From assembly GCA_004431415.1 (NCBI GenBank), contig QPMI01000242.1, positions 59,149-123,148 of the forward strand: a stretch of DNA of 64,000 nt, read 5' to 3'. The stretch comes from Cyanophora paradoxa CCMP329 (Eukaryota > Plantae > Glaucophyta). The position numbers and the translations under genes were made by a program. The notes under the pieces were generated by a model. The model was given only the letters and a program-made list of their open reading frames with translations. It made no database searches and was not told where the DNA came from. The stretch's first letter is position 1. Every line of letters starts with the position of its first letter. Shown one piece after another: positions 12,120-23,541 of the stretch.

Positions 12120-13410
12120 CCGCCCGCCGCCGCCCGCCGCGCCTCCGCCCGCCGCGCCTCCGCCGCGTGCGGCGAGCCTCGTCGCCGCCCGCTGCGCCTC
12201 CCGCGCCGCCCGCCGAGATGCCCCGCCGCCCGCCGCGCCTCTGCCCGCCCGGAGAGCCGCGCCTCCGCCCGCCGCGCCTCCGCCGCGTGCGGCGAGCCTC
12301 GTCGCCGCCCGCCGCGCCTCCGAGCCTCCCGCGCCGCCCGCCGAGATGCCCCGCCGCCCGCCGCGCCTCTGCCCCGCCCGGAGAGCCACGCCTCCGCCCG
12401 CCGCGCCTCCGCCGCGTGCGACGAGCCTCGTCGCCGCCCGCTGCGCCTCCCGCGCCGCCCGCCGAGATGCCCCGCCGCCCGCCGCGCCTCTGCCCCGCCG
12501 GAGAGCCGCGCCTCCGCCGCCGCGCCTCCGCCGCGTGCGACGAGCCTCGTCGCCGCCCGCTGCGCCTCCCGCGCCGCCCGCGAGATGCCCGCCGCCCGCC
12601 GCGCCTCTGCCCGCCCGGAGAGCCGCGCCTCCGCCGCGTGCGACGAGCCTCGTCGCCGCCCGCTGCGCCTCCCGCGCCGCCCGCCGAGATGCCCCGCCGC
12701 CCGCCGCGCCTCTGCCCCGCCCGGAGAGCCGCGCCTCCGCCCGCCGCGCCTCCGCCGCGTGCGGCGAGCCTCGCCGCCGCCCGCCGCACCTCCCGCGCCG
12801 CCCGCCGAGATGCCCGCCGCCCGCCGCGCCTCTGCCCCGCCCGGAGAGCCGCGCCGCTGCCCGCCGCGCCTCCGCGCCGCCCGCCGAGATGCCCGTCGCC
12901 CGCCGCGCCTCTGCCCCGCCCGGAGAGCCGCGCCGCTGCCCGCCCGCGCCTCCGCCGCGTGCGGCGAGCCTCGTCGCCGCCCGCTGCACCTCCCGCACCG
13001 CCCGGCAAGATGCCCCGCCGCCCGCCGCGCCTCTGCCCCGCCCGGCGAGATGCCCCGCCGCCCGCCGCGCCTCCGCCCCGCCCGGAGAGCCTCGCCGTCG
13101 CCCGCCGCGCCTCCGCTTCGCCCCGTGAGCCGCAGCGCCTCCCGCCGCACCTCCCGCTCCGTGCGGCGAGCCTCGCCGCCGCCAGCTGCGCCTCCGCCCC
13201 GCCCGGAGAGCCGCGCCGCCGCCCGCCGCGCCTCCGCCGCGTGCGGCGAGCCTCGCCGCCTCCCGCCGCACCTCCCGCGCCGCCCGGCGAGAGTGCCCAG
13301 CCGCCCGCTGCGCCTCTGCCCCGCCGGCGAGCCTCGCCGCCGCCCGCCGCGCCTCCGCCCCGCCCGGCGAGCCGCGCCGCCGCGCCTCCGCTCCGCCTGG
13401 CCGCGCCTCG
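12120..13410. repeat. Degenerate GC-rich satellite B (~80-130-bp units)
   Basis: Recurring gagatgccccgccgcccgccgcgcctctgcc and gcgtgcggcgagcctcg modules. Confidence 0.9.
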
Positions 13411-15199
13411 GCCCTATGCGGCGGCCCCATGACTTGTCTATGAGAAAACTTCTAAGCGTGGTACGAACTGTTCATATCGCTTGCCGGAGGGGCGGGTCCC
13501 CGCATGGATCGCGCTGCGTCAGCATCTGCGCTGCGTCGCCGAGTCGCCCTGCGCCACGGAGTACTCAGCCCTGGGGACTTATAGGAGAGATTGTATTAGA
13601 ATTGGCACGCACGAAGCTTTTCGCTCGCTAGCTGCTCGGGCTGTGTATCGGTTGCCGCGCCAGTCTTGGCATCCTCGCACACGTATGCTTGCACGCGCTC
13701 AGCTGCACGATGGGATGCAGCTGCGGGACCGTTGCACATGGTTGCAGCAGCAATGCAGCCGCGGGACAGGGGTACCAGTACGCAATTGGACAGGGTACAC
13801 ATCCAAAAAGCCTTCGTCAACGTCTTCGTCCCGCAGGCCTCGCTGGCCGCCGCCCGAGCAACAGCATTGAACCGCGACTCGTAGCGCATTCTTGTCCTCT
13901 TCACGCGCAGGTCCTTGTTCATCGGCTTCCGTTCATCGGCTTCAACGGACACCCGCCGCGGTCGGTCTCCCGCCGTCCACTTGGTGCCACGCTGGCTAAC
14001 TAGCTCTTGAGGGCGGACAGCAACCCTTCCGAGCACCGAGACGCGAATTCCGACGCTCTGGACCGAGACGCGATGGCAGGTTCGAACATGTGCCCAAGAA
14101 ACCGTCCTGCCATCGGATTTGCTAAGTGATCTGACTACTCCGTGCAGGAGCCCTCGGTGGTCTCCCTGCGTTCCGCGTTCCGCGGTCCCTCTGGCACCAG
14201 GTACGCGCGCGCCTCAGGCTGCGCCACGTTAGCTAGCAATGCTTGCTAGCAAGCGCGCCAGGCCGGTCCATCCTATAGCTTCCCGTCCCGCGCTGAGTCC
14301 CGCGCTGAGCTTTAGGCACCGCGCCTTGCCTTGACTTCGCGCGTGCAGGCGCCTGGCGGCACCGCGGCACGCGCAACGAGGCGCCGCGGATGTGGTGGAG
14401 CACATGGAGCGGCGCCGGCGGCTGGGACAAGTGGGCGATGGCGCTACGGGGATGGCGCTGCGAGCTAGCTAAGAGTTGGTCAACGAGGCGCGATGTAGCT
14501 GTAGCTAGCTAGCTAGCGAGACCATAGGCATCTGATAGCTAGCTAGCTAGCTAGAGAGTGAGTGCAATCGAGATTGGCTGCTCGCTGGTGGGCGCGCGGC
14601 GCGGGCGCACGGGTGCTCCGGTCACAGGCCTGCGAGATAAGCTTAAATAAGCTTAGCTGCCTGCCGAGATGAGCTTAAATGGTATTTCGGGCTCATTCTT
14701 GCATTGGACAAGCGAGTCCCTGCGGAGCAGGAGTGGCCTTGGGTCTTGGGGACTCAAGGCGTGAGGGTGGCCGCTCTTTGTTTTTAAAACGCGTACGGGG
14801 GCCCGCAACCGGTACCGCGCGCGGTTATTACTAGCTATAGTATATATATTTACTGCTGCAGCTGTTGAGCCCGGAGAGGACTACCGTAGTACCGTAGTAC
14901 GCGGCTGTACGCCGCCTAGTAGCTTCTAGCCTAGTAGCTTGGTCTAGCTAGCGCCAGCGATTCGTGCCGGCGCCACGGTGCGCCACGCCGCGCGCGCCGC
15001 GCGCGTGGCGGTCCGAGTCTCGTACCGAGTCGTACGCGTATATCGAATCTATTATCGATATCAGCTGCAGTGACTCTGAGCTGAGCGAAGCGACGCGTGA
15101 CGCGCGCGGCTCGGTCACGTGCACGGCCGCGGTGACTCCAGCCTACCAGCCGGGTACAGAGGCTTTTTGCAATTTCCATCGGCGAAGGGGAAGCAAGCT

Positions 15200-15469
15200 G
15201 GAAGCCAATGATATTTGCGCTTGTCCGTGAATTCGAATGGGGCGATTGAGCTTTTTGGCCAATGGCGATCGGGCTTCACGCGAACAATTTCGTTCGTACG
15301 TGCTGTTAGTGCTTGTTAGAGGTGTCACATTTGAAAAGTAGCGCCGCCATCGTGCTCCCTAGGGTCGAAAATGGGTACCTAGGTCCAAAAATTTTGTCTA
15401 TAAAATCAAGTTGAAGTTTGACACAAGATAGGCACAGACCTAAGGGCCTCTCCTTTCCCCAAGGCCGAC
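15200..15469 (-). repeat. Dispersed repeat D (probable TE terminus); inverted homolog at 53332-53570
   Basis: The reverse complement gtcggccttggggaaaggagaggcccttaggtctgtgcc...caaaatttttggacctaggtaccc...gagcacgatgg matches 53332-53460, with weaker similarity beyond. Confidence 0.8.
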
Positions 15470-15569
15470 TTTCGCAAAGATGCTATCTCGGGTTTTACTC
15501 GAGCTCAACCCGAGCTGATTCTTGCTGTGCTCGGCGAGCCGCCCCTGCGCCCCTTGCGACCCCTCGCCA

Positions 15570-18364
15570 GGCCGCGCAGGCCCAGGTGCTCGCCCTCGCG
15601 CCGGCGGCCTTCGCGGCGCGGTGGCCGCACGGCGCGCTCGTCCCCCGCTGCCACGTCCGCTTCACCTTCTGCCGGATGGGCATCCGGCGCGCCGGCCCCC
15701 GGGCCTCGAGGCGGCAGGGGCGGGCTGACGGTGCGCCAGGCGGATGCACCAGGCGGTGGACGAGGTGCTTGCCGCGAGGGCCGTCCCCCTCTTCCCCAAG
15801 GCCGACCCTGTGCCCCTCGCCCCGCCCCGGCCCCGCGCCCCGGCCCCGCCCGGTCCCGAGCCCTGCGACGAGGAGGAAGACGAGTGCTGGGACGAGGAGG
15901 CCGAGGAGGAGCACGGGGCGGAGGCGCTGCACGGGACTGGTGCCGGCGCCCGCTCGCCCCCGGCCCGCACGCGCGTCAGCGGGGCCGGCGCAGACGCGTT
16001 CGGGGCGCCCCTCGACGAGGAGCACGCCGGCCCCTGCTTCCCCGTCCTCCGCACGGCCTTCCCCTACGCGGAGGCGGCGCCGGGGCCCGAGCGCTGGAGC
16101 CGGCGCCGGCACCCCGCGCTGGAGGCGAGCCGGGAGCTGAACCCCGAGCAGCTCGAGGCCGTCGCTCGCTGCGTCGTGCGCCCCGCCCCGCCCCCCCCCC
16201 GGTCCAGACACACCCTTGAGGCCGGCCGGCCCGGCAGCTCCACCGGCCCACCGGCGCTCCTTTCGTCGTGTGGGGTCCCGTCGGCACCGGGTGCGCGCTC
16301 TGCGTGGGCGGCCGGGGCGGGAGTGACAGCGGCGGCAGGAAGACGATGACAGTAGTCGAGATCATCCTGCAGGCGCTCGGACCCCGGCCGCCGCCGCGCC
16401 CCGCAGTGCATCCCTCAGGCCGGGCCCCCGCAGGCGACCCGGCGCTCCCCGGCAGCGCGTGTGCTCGCCTGCGCCCCCTCGAACTCTGCCGCCGACACTC
16501 TCTGCGCCCGCCTCGCCCAGTGCGCCCCGCCCGTCCCCGCCGCCCTCCGCGCGCCCCGCCCGCCGACCCCGCACTGCAGGCACTTTCCCCGGGGCACACT
16601 CTTTCGCCTGTGCGCCGTGGGGGGCGGGCGCGGGGCGCGGGGTGCCCGGGGGCCGATGGGCGGGGCAGGAACTCGTTCCAGCGGCCGGCAGCGACGGTCT
16701 TCGCTTCGGTTCTGCCATACTGCGTCGCCGACCCCGACACGGGCCTCTTCGGCGCGCCGGCATCCCCCCCGCCGGCCGGCTGGTGCGGGCGTGACGGGGC
16801 GCAGACGTGCCGGAGCTGCCCGAGCTCGCCGCCTTCCGCGTCGTCGTCGCCGTCCGCCCGCGCCGCCCGCCCCCGCCCGCGCCCGCCCCGCCCACGCCGG
16901 CCCCGCAGACGTGCGCGGGGCCGGCATCCTCCGCGCCCTCGGCCTCCCCGCCGGCCACTTCGGCTGGATCGTGTTCGACGGCGCGCGCCCCCGGCGCCCC
17001 CGGCGGGCCGCTGACGGGGGCCAGAGGCCGGCCAGGCGCTCGAGCCCGAGTCCCTCATCCCATTGACCCTCGCCCTCGGCGCACCCCGCACCCGCCCCGC
17101 CCCGCCCCCGCCGAGGGGCCCCCAGGCGGCGCCCACCCCACGCGGGTCGTCATCTGCGGGGACCCGCGGCAGCTGGGCCCCCTCCTCAGATCTCCGCTCG
17201 CATTGCAGCTCGGGGCAGGCATCTCGCTCCAGGCGCGCCCGCCCCGCCCTGGCCCCCGCGCGGCGCGGAGGCGAGGAGGCGGGCGGGGCAGGAGCGGCTG
17301 CTGGGGCAGGGGCCGTACGGGCGGCGGGACGCGCGCTACATCACCGTGCTACGCCGCAACTACCGCTCCCAGGCCGCCCTCCTCGAGGCCCGCCGCCCGC
17401 CCGGCCCGCCCCGCACACCCTCCCGCGAGGCGGCGTGCAGGTGCCGGGGAGGCTCTTCTACGAGAAGCGCCTGCTCGCCGCCGCGGAGCCCGACGACTCG
17501 CTCGCCTCGTGGGGCGAGCTGCCGGCGGCGGCCCCGCTGCTCTTCTACAGCGTCGAGGGGAGAGACGTGCGAGACGTGGACTCGCCGTCGCTGCACAACC
17601 CGATCGAGGCGAGCGTGGTGACGGGGCTGGTGGAGAGCATCCTCGCCTTCGCCGCCCCGGGCCGCCCCGTCTCCACCAACGACATCGGCGTCATCGCCCC
17701 CTACCGCAAGCAGGCGCCCGCCCCCGCCCCGCCCCGCCCCCGCCCGCCCCAACCCCCCGCCAGGTCCGCTCCATCCGCACGCTGCTCCGCGCACGCGGCC
17801 TCGGGGCCATCCGAGGCGCGCCCCCGCCCCGCCCTGCCTCGCCCCGCCCCGCGCCCGCCGAGGGCGGGCAGTGGGGACGGAGGGGACTACCAAGGGCAGG
17901 AGGAGAGGGTGATCATCGTGTCGACGGTGGTGGCGCGGCCGGGCGGCTGGCGCAGGCGCGGGAGCAGCGGCTGGGCTTCCTGCGCGACCCGCGCTCGTTC
18001 AACGTGGCGGTGACGCGGGCGCGGGCGCTGCTCGTCGTCGTCGGCCACGCCGCCGTCCTCAGCGAGGACCCCTGCTGGCGCGCCCTCATCGCCCACGCCG
18101 CCCGCCTCGGCGCCTACAGGCCCGCCCCGCCCCGCCCCACCCCCGCCCCCGCGCGCCTCACGGGGCCGGGCCGGTTGCAGGGGCGGCGTGCGAGGCCGCG
18201 GCGGAGGGGGCGGGGGGCGGGGCGGGGGCGGGGGTGGAGGAGGTGGCGCGGGCGGTGGCGGAGCGGCTGGCGCTGGGGGCGGAGGAGGAGGCCTTCCCCC
18301 GCTCGAGGACCTCGGGCGCCACTTCGCCGACGCCGACGACCTCGAGTGGCGCGTCGTCATGTAG
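15570..18364 (+). CDS. MOV10/SDE3/Armitage-type UPF1-like SF1 RNA helicase; 5' end not found
   Basis: After splicing: VRFTFCRMGIRRMHQAV, LNPEQ, PFVVWGPVGTGKT, LACAPSNSAAD, FDEAGQALEPE, GDPRQLGP, LRRNYRS, DIGVIAPYRKQV, YQGQEERVIIVSTV, FNVAVTRARALLVVVG. Confidence 0.9.
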
Positions 18365-19689
18365 CGCCCCCGGCCCCCGGCCCCCCGGCCCCCGCCCCCA
18401 CCCCCACGCCCCACCCAGCCCTTCAACTCTTCTGAGCGGGCTTTTTCTTCTCAAGCACTCCCGCTGTGCCCGGAAGTTTTTTGCCTGCTCATGATCATAT
18501 TTACATGAAATCCGTAACCGATCGCGACATTAAAAACACTAAACCTCTTGAAAAAGAGGCAATCTAAGCTCTGAATCAGCGTGACCCCGCGAGGGTTGGG
18601 GCCGCGCCACCTCAAAGCTGTACCAGTCTCCCCGAGGAGCGGGAGGAGATGTTGTCTATAGATGAATCTAGATGCGCGAGTCTGGTTCATCTCGCGCTGC
18701 CGGTGGCAGGCTCAGTGGCCCCACGAGGACGACCCCGCCGCCGGGCCCGGACTGTAGCCAAGGTCGCGCGAGCAGCACAGCGGGTGCCTGCAGGCGGCGC
18801 TTCAGAGGGACACTGGCGAGCGATCCGCCGCGCTTCTAGATGCGCACCCGTAGCAGCAGAAGGGGTGACCCCGGAAGTAGTGCACTGCAGGGATGGGGCC
18901 GTCGGACCCCGGGGACGAACAGCGAAAATGCTCGCGGAGCCGCACCGTGGCCGTGGTCGGGGGGCAGGCCCGCGCAGGCGCAGCTGTGACAGTAGTTTGG
19001 GGAGACGCTGCCCGCCGCCGCCGCCGCCGCCGCGTGCCCTCCGTGCCCGGAGTGGTGCTCGTGCGCTGCCCTGCGCACCGCCCCCGTCACGCTCCCTTCA
19101 GGTCCCGCCGCCACCAAACAGTCCGTTCTTGACAATACAAACCCATGAGGAGCCGTTGAGTAGCGTGACCTCTGCGGCGCGCGCGCAGGTCAGCAGATCG
19201 CGGATGTGCTGTCAGTGACTAGCTGCGCGCGAAGGGGGCTCACCCGAGCGGCTTCTCTACTCCGCTGAAGACCGCTGCAACGCGGAAACGCGTCAGAAAG
19301 CATGCGAGGAAGGCACGCGGCAGAAAACCGCGATCCGAGACCGACCTCCGTTCGTTCAACATCGCCTCCCTCAGGAACTCGGAATAGCTTGCTGCGCAGG
19401 ATAGACACCGGCACGTCAACAGAGTTGGCCGGGAGTGCTCCAATCCCGGGCCGCGAGCTCTGGCGCCCGGGTCACAGGGCGGCGCACTTGACATATCACC
19501 CCTATCGAGGACGTGGCCAGCGGGGCGCCTACAGCACGATATCGAGGCGCTAGCGCTTCGAAGAAGCTGAGCCCCTTTTTTCGTCGAATTTTCGAGCCAG
19601 GAGGGGTCTACGCCGCGTAGGCCAGCTCCGATTCCGCCCTGCAGCGGGATCACTCGCTAGCCCACTCAGTTATGGCTCTATGAGTGAGC

Positions 19690-21997
19690 ATGGGCTGCCG
19701 CACAAGCAGCGCCGCTGCTTTGAAGCATGAAGAAGCTTTACCAGCGGCAACGAGCGAGTCCACTGCAACAGATAAGGACGGCGGCGCTGCGATTGTCCAG
19801 CCAGGGCCCCCCCAAGCCGCCCCGCGATCCTCCATACAGAGCGCGACCCCCAATCCGCGGTCCCCAAGCCCGGCATCCACGTTTGCGGTCCTGCAGACCC
19901 CAATCACGGGACCTTGGAACTCTCCCGGCGCCGCGTCGCGGGCATCGACAGGCTCTCCAGACCTTGAAGGTGCAGCAGGAGCTCCGATCAACAATGGGGC
20001 GCCCTGATACCGCGACACAGCTCGGGGATCAACGTCCGCGGCGCAAGAGAAGATCACTGGCTCCGCGGCTAAGCAGGTGGTCAGCCCAAGCCGGCTTGCG
20101 CAGCCCTGTGAGCCGGAGTACGGGCGCATCGCCGAGACGCCGAGCCCGGGCACGTCGCCAAAGCGGCCGCGGAGAGGCGACGTGCCCGGGGAAGCAGAGG
20201 CGGGGGGGCAGGAGCCGGCCGAGGTGCCGCCCGTGACGCCGCTGCCGGTGGAGCCGATGGCCCTCCCGGAGTCGGCCCGGGCGGCCTCCACCTCGCGGAG
20301 GGAGACGGCGCGCCGCCCGCCGCCCGCCGGCGCCGCACCCCGGCAGCACCTCACGCCCCGCGCAGGGCTCGGCGAGCGCGCCGACCTCGCAGGCGCCCTC
20401 GCGGGGCACGGCCCTCGACCCCGAGCCACCGTGCGCACCCCGCGCCTCCCCGCCCGCGCACCCCGCCCCGGCAGCCGGAAGCCGGTCCTGCGTGCCGGGC
20501 GCGGGGCCAAAAAAGAGCGAAAGAAAACCGAAAGAGCGTGGGGAGGCGCTGCGGGGGGTGACGGACGGGGGGCAGGCGGCGGACCTGAGCGAGCGCGGGG
20601 AGCGGGCGTACGTGGAGGGGGAGTACGGGCGGGCGGAGAAGCTGCTGGGGCGGGCCCTGGCGCTTCGCGAGGAGCACCTGGGGCGCGCCCACGCGGAGAC
20701 CCTCGCGTGCGCCCTCGACCTCGCCGCCGCCCTCCTCGCCCAGGGCCGCTTCCCCGAGGCCGCCCCCCTCGCCGCCGTCCGCCCGCCCGCCCCCGCCCCC
20801 GCCCCGCTGAGGGGCCCCGCAGCGCGCGCTCGAGGGGCGCGAGGCGGCGCTGCGGGGCGGGGAGGGGGGGAGGCGGAGGTGGCCCGCGCCGCGCGCCTCC
20901 TCGGCGACGCCTACGCCGCCATGGGCAAGCTCGCCAAGGCCGCCGCCGCCTACCAGCGCGCCCTCGCCGCCCTCGGGGCGCCAGGCGAGGCCGGCGAGGG
21001 CGAGGGCGAGGAGGCGCTGGAGGTCTGCGGGGCGCTGGCGGAGGTGGAGCGGGAGCGGGGCCACGCGGGGGAGGCGCACCAGCTGCTCGAGCGCGTGCTC
21101 GCGGGGACGCGCTACGAGGAGCAGACGGTGCAGCTGCTCCAGGCCGCCGCCGAGGCCGCCGAGGAGGCCGCCCGCCTCGAGCGCGCCGAGGAGCTCCACC
21201 GCGTCCGCCCGCCCCGCCCCACCGCCCCCGCCGGCCTGACGGGGCGCAGCGGGTGCTGGCGCTGCAGGCGGGGGCCGGGGGCGGGGAGGGGGCGGAGGCG
21301 GGCTGGACCCTCAACACGCTCGCGCTGCTCTGCGAGGCGCAGGGCCGCCCCGCCGACGCCGAGCGCCTCTACCGCGTCCGCCCCCGCCCCCCGCCCCGCC
21401 CCGCCCCGCCTGCCCCTCACCGCACGGCAGCGGGCGACGGCGGTGCTGGAGAAGGCGCTGGGGGCCGAGCACCCCAACGCGGCCGCCGCGCACAGGTGCG
21501 ACCAGCGGGGGCCGGGGGCGGGCGAGGCGGGGCTGAGCGGGGGCGGGGGCAGCAACCTGGGGGCGTTCCTGCTGAAGCAGGGGCGGGCGGGGGAGGCGGT
21601 GGGCCCGCTGCAGTACGCCCTCCTCGTGAGCGAGGCGGTCCTGGGGCCCCTGCACGAGGACACGCGCGACACCGCCGCCTGGCTCGCCGACGCCTACGAG
21701 GGCAGCGCCCAGGCCCCACAGGTCATTGCTCTGGGCACCCCCAGCCCCTCGACTTGGCTCGTGACAGCGTTTGCTCTTGACCAGGCCGCCGTCACCCGAG
21801 CCAAGCACCGGCTCACCCCTGCCGCCCCCCGCCGGCCCCTCACCGCCCAGCGCGTGCGCCCCGCCCCGCCCCGCCCCGCCCCGCGCCGGGTGACCGCGCG
21901 GCAGGCGCCGTCGAGGCCGGTCTCGTGCCGGAGCCGCGCCCGGGTGCCAACGCGCACGTCTCTCCGCTGCGAGGAGATCGCCGACAGCGAGAACTGA
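19690..21997 (+). CDS. TPR-repeat protein (kinesin-light-chain-like TPRs) with N-terminal MGC dual-acylation motif
   Basis: Starts MGCRTSS. Repeats include YGRAEKLLGRALALREEHLGRAHAET, LNTLALLCEAQGRPADAERLY, LEKALGAEHPNAA, NLGAFLLKQGRAGEA, VLGPLHEDT. Confidence 0.8.
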
Positions 21998-22171
21998 GGC
22001 GGCGCCTCCACCGCTCACTGCCGGCGCCCCGCTGCCTCACCCTCCGCCGCCCCTAGCTCCACCACCCCCGTCGCCTCCGATCTCATCGGCGCCTCATTGC
22101 CAAGTTGTGGCCCCTGCCTCAACCAGCGATAATACTTCACGCGTCTTAGCCTCTCAATTCTTTGAACTTTC

Positions 22172-23273
22172 TATGCATGTGCACTTTTCTCTTCCGAGAC
22201 TCCCTGCGTGTTTTTAATGACTGCACACGTTTTCATTGCCTGCGCGTTATTCTATGATAGATGTGACGAGCGTAATTTGTACGTAACTGTACGGTAGATA
22301 AGGTTTAATTTGGACAGAATTTCAGATGTTGGCCGGGCCGGGCCCGGGCCGCCGGGCTTTCAAGTTTAGCCAAGGTCACGCGAGCAGCACCGTGGCACAG
22401 GGTTAGCGGGTCACCGGGTGCCGCAGTGCCGCAGTGCCCAGTGCCTGCACTGCACGCGGATCATCGGACTCCGAGGCTCCGGGATTTCGGGACTAGAGAT
22501 TCCGAATTTCAGCCTGGGCAGTGGTTGCCGCAGTGCGCATCTCAGAGTCTTCGAGTCTTGCCGCAGTGCCACTGGGGCATGCCATGATCATCGGATGATG
22601 GCATGCCGCAGTGCCAATTCAATGATTTAATGTTGGGCCAGCGCCCTCATGATCAGACGTACGGCGACGGGTTGAACTTCAGTAACATTGCACTTGACTC
22701 AGTGAAATTCAATGCATGTGCACTTTTCTCTTCCGAGACTCCCTGCGTGTTTTTAATGACTGCACACGTTTTCATTGCCTGCGCGTTATTCTATGATAGA
22801 TGTGACGAGCGTAATTTGTACGTAACTGTACGGTAGATAAGGTTTAATTCAAGATTTGGACAGAATTTCAGATATCGATGTTGGCCGGGCCGGGCCCGGG
22901 CCGCCGGGCTTTCAAGTTAAGCCAAGGTCACGCGAGCAGCACCGTGGCACTGTGGCACAGGGTTAGCGGGTCACCGGGTGCCGCAGTGCCGCAGTGCCCA
23001 GTGCCTGCACTGCACGCGGATCCGATGATGATCATCGGACTCCGGGATTTCGGGACTAGACTCTGAGAGATTCCGAATTTCAGTGGTTGCCGCAGTGCGC
23101 ATCTCAGAGTCTTGCCACTGGGGCATGCCATGATCATCGGATGATGGCATGCCCGGCGGCCGCAGTGCCAATTCAATGATTTAATGTTGGGCCAGCCTGG
23201 CAGCGCCCTCATGATCAGACGTACGGCGACGGGTTGAACTTCAGTAACATTGCACTTGACTCAGTGAAATTCA
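22172..23273. repeat. Tandem duplication, ~540-560-bp unit x2 (junction ~22711)
   Basis: atgcatgtgcacttttctc...cagtgaaattcaa is repeated; the copies differ almost only by short insertions. Confidence 0.95.
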
Positions 23274-23541
23274 AGCCTTTTGAGGTTCGTTTCAAGTTTC
23301 ACTGTCAACTTGCAAGTAGCCTACTCATGGTCGCCCGACGTATGGCACACAGACATGCTGCTAGTTAACAGCTAGCGAACGTCACATGCCACGATCTCAT
23401 GCAATTACCCCGGCCCGTCACTGCGTCGCAATCGAGAAAGGCTCGCGCGCGCTTGTGTCAGTGTCGCGCGATAATATTGATAGGACTGCAGATGAAGGAG
23501 GAGGGGGGAGAAGGTTGGAGGATGCGCGTGGGGCCACCTCG

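Noticed and set aside
9477-13631. Long Arg/Gly/Ala/Pro-rich ORFs here and throughout the GC-rich genes
   Set aside because: They are stop-poor frames caused by extreme GC content, satellites or intron read-through.
20005-20007. In-frame TGA suggesting recoding or selenocysteine (also ~60061)
   Set aside because: Both are explained by short introns: ~19970-20020 (GT-AG) removes the first, and ~60002-60038 (GC-AG) changes the frame for the second.
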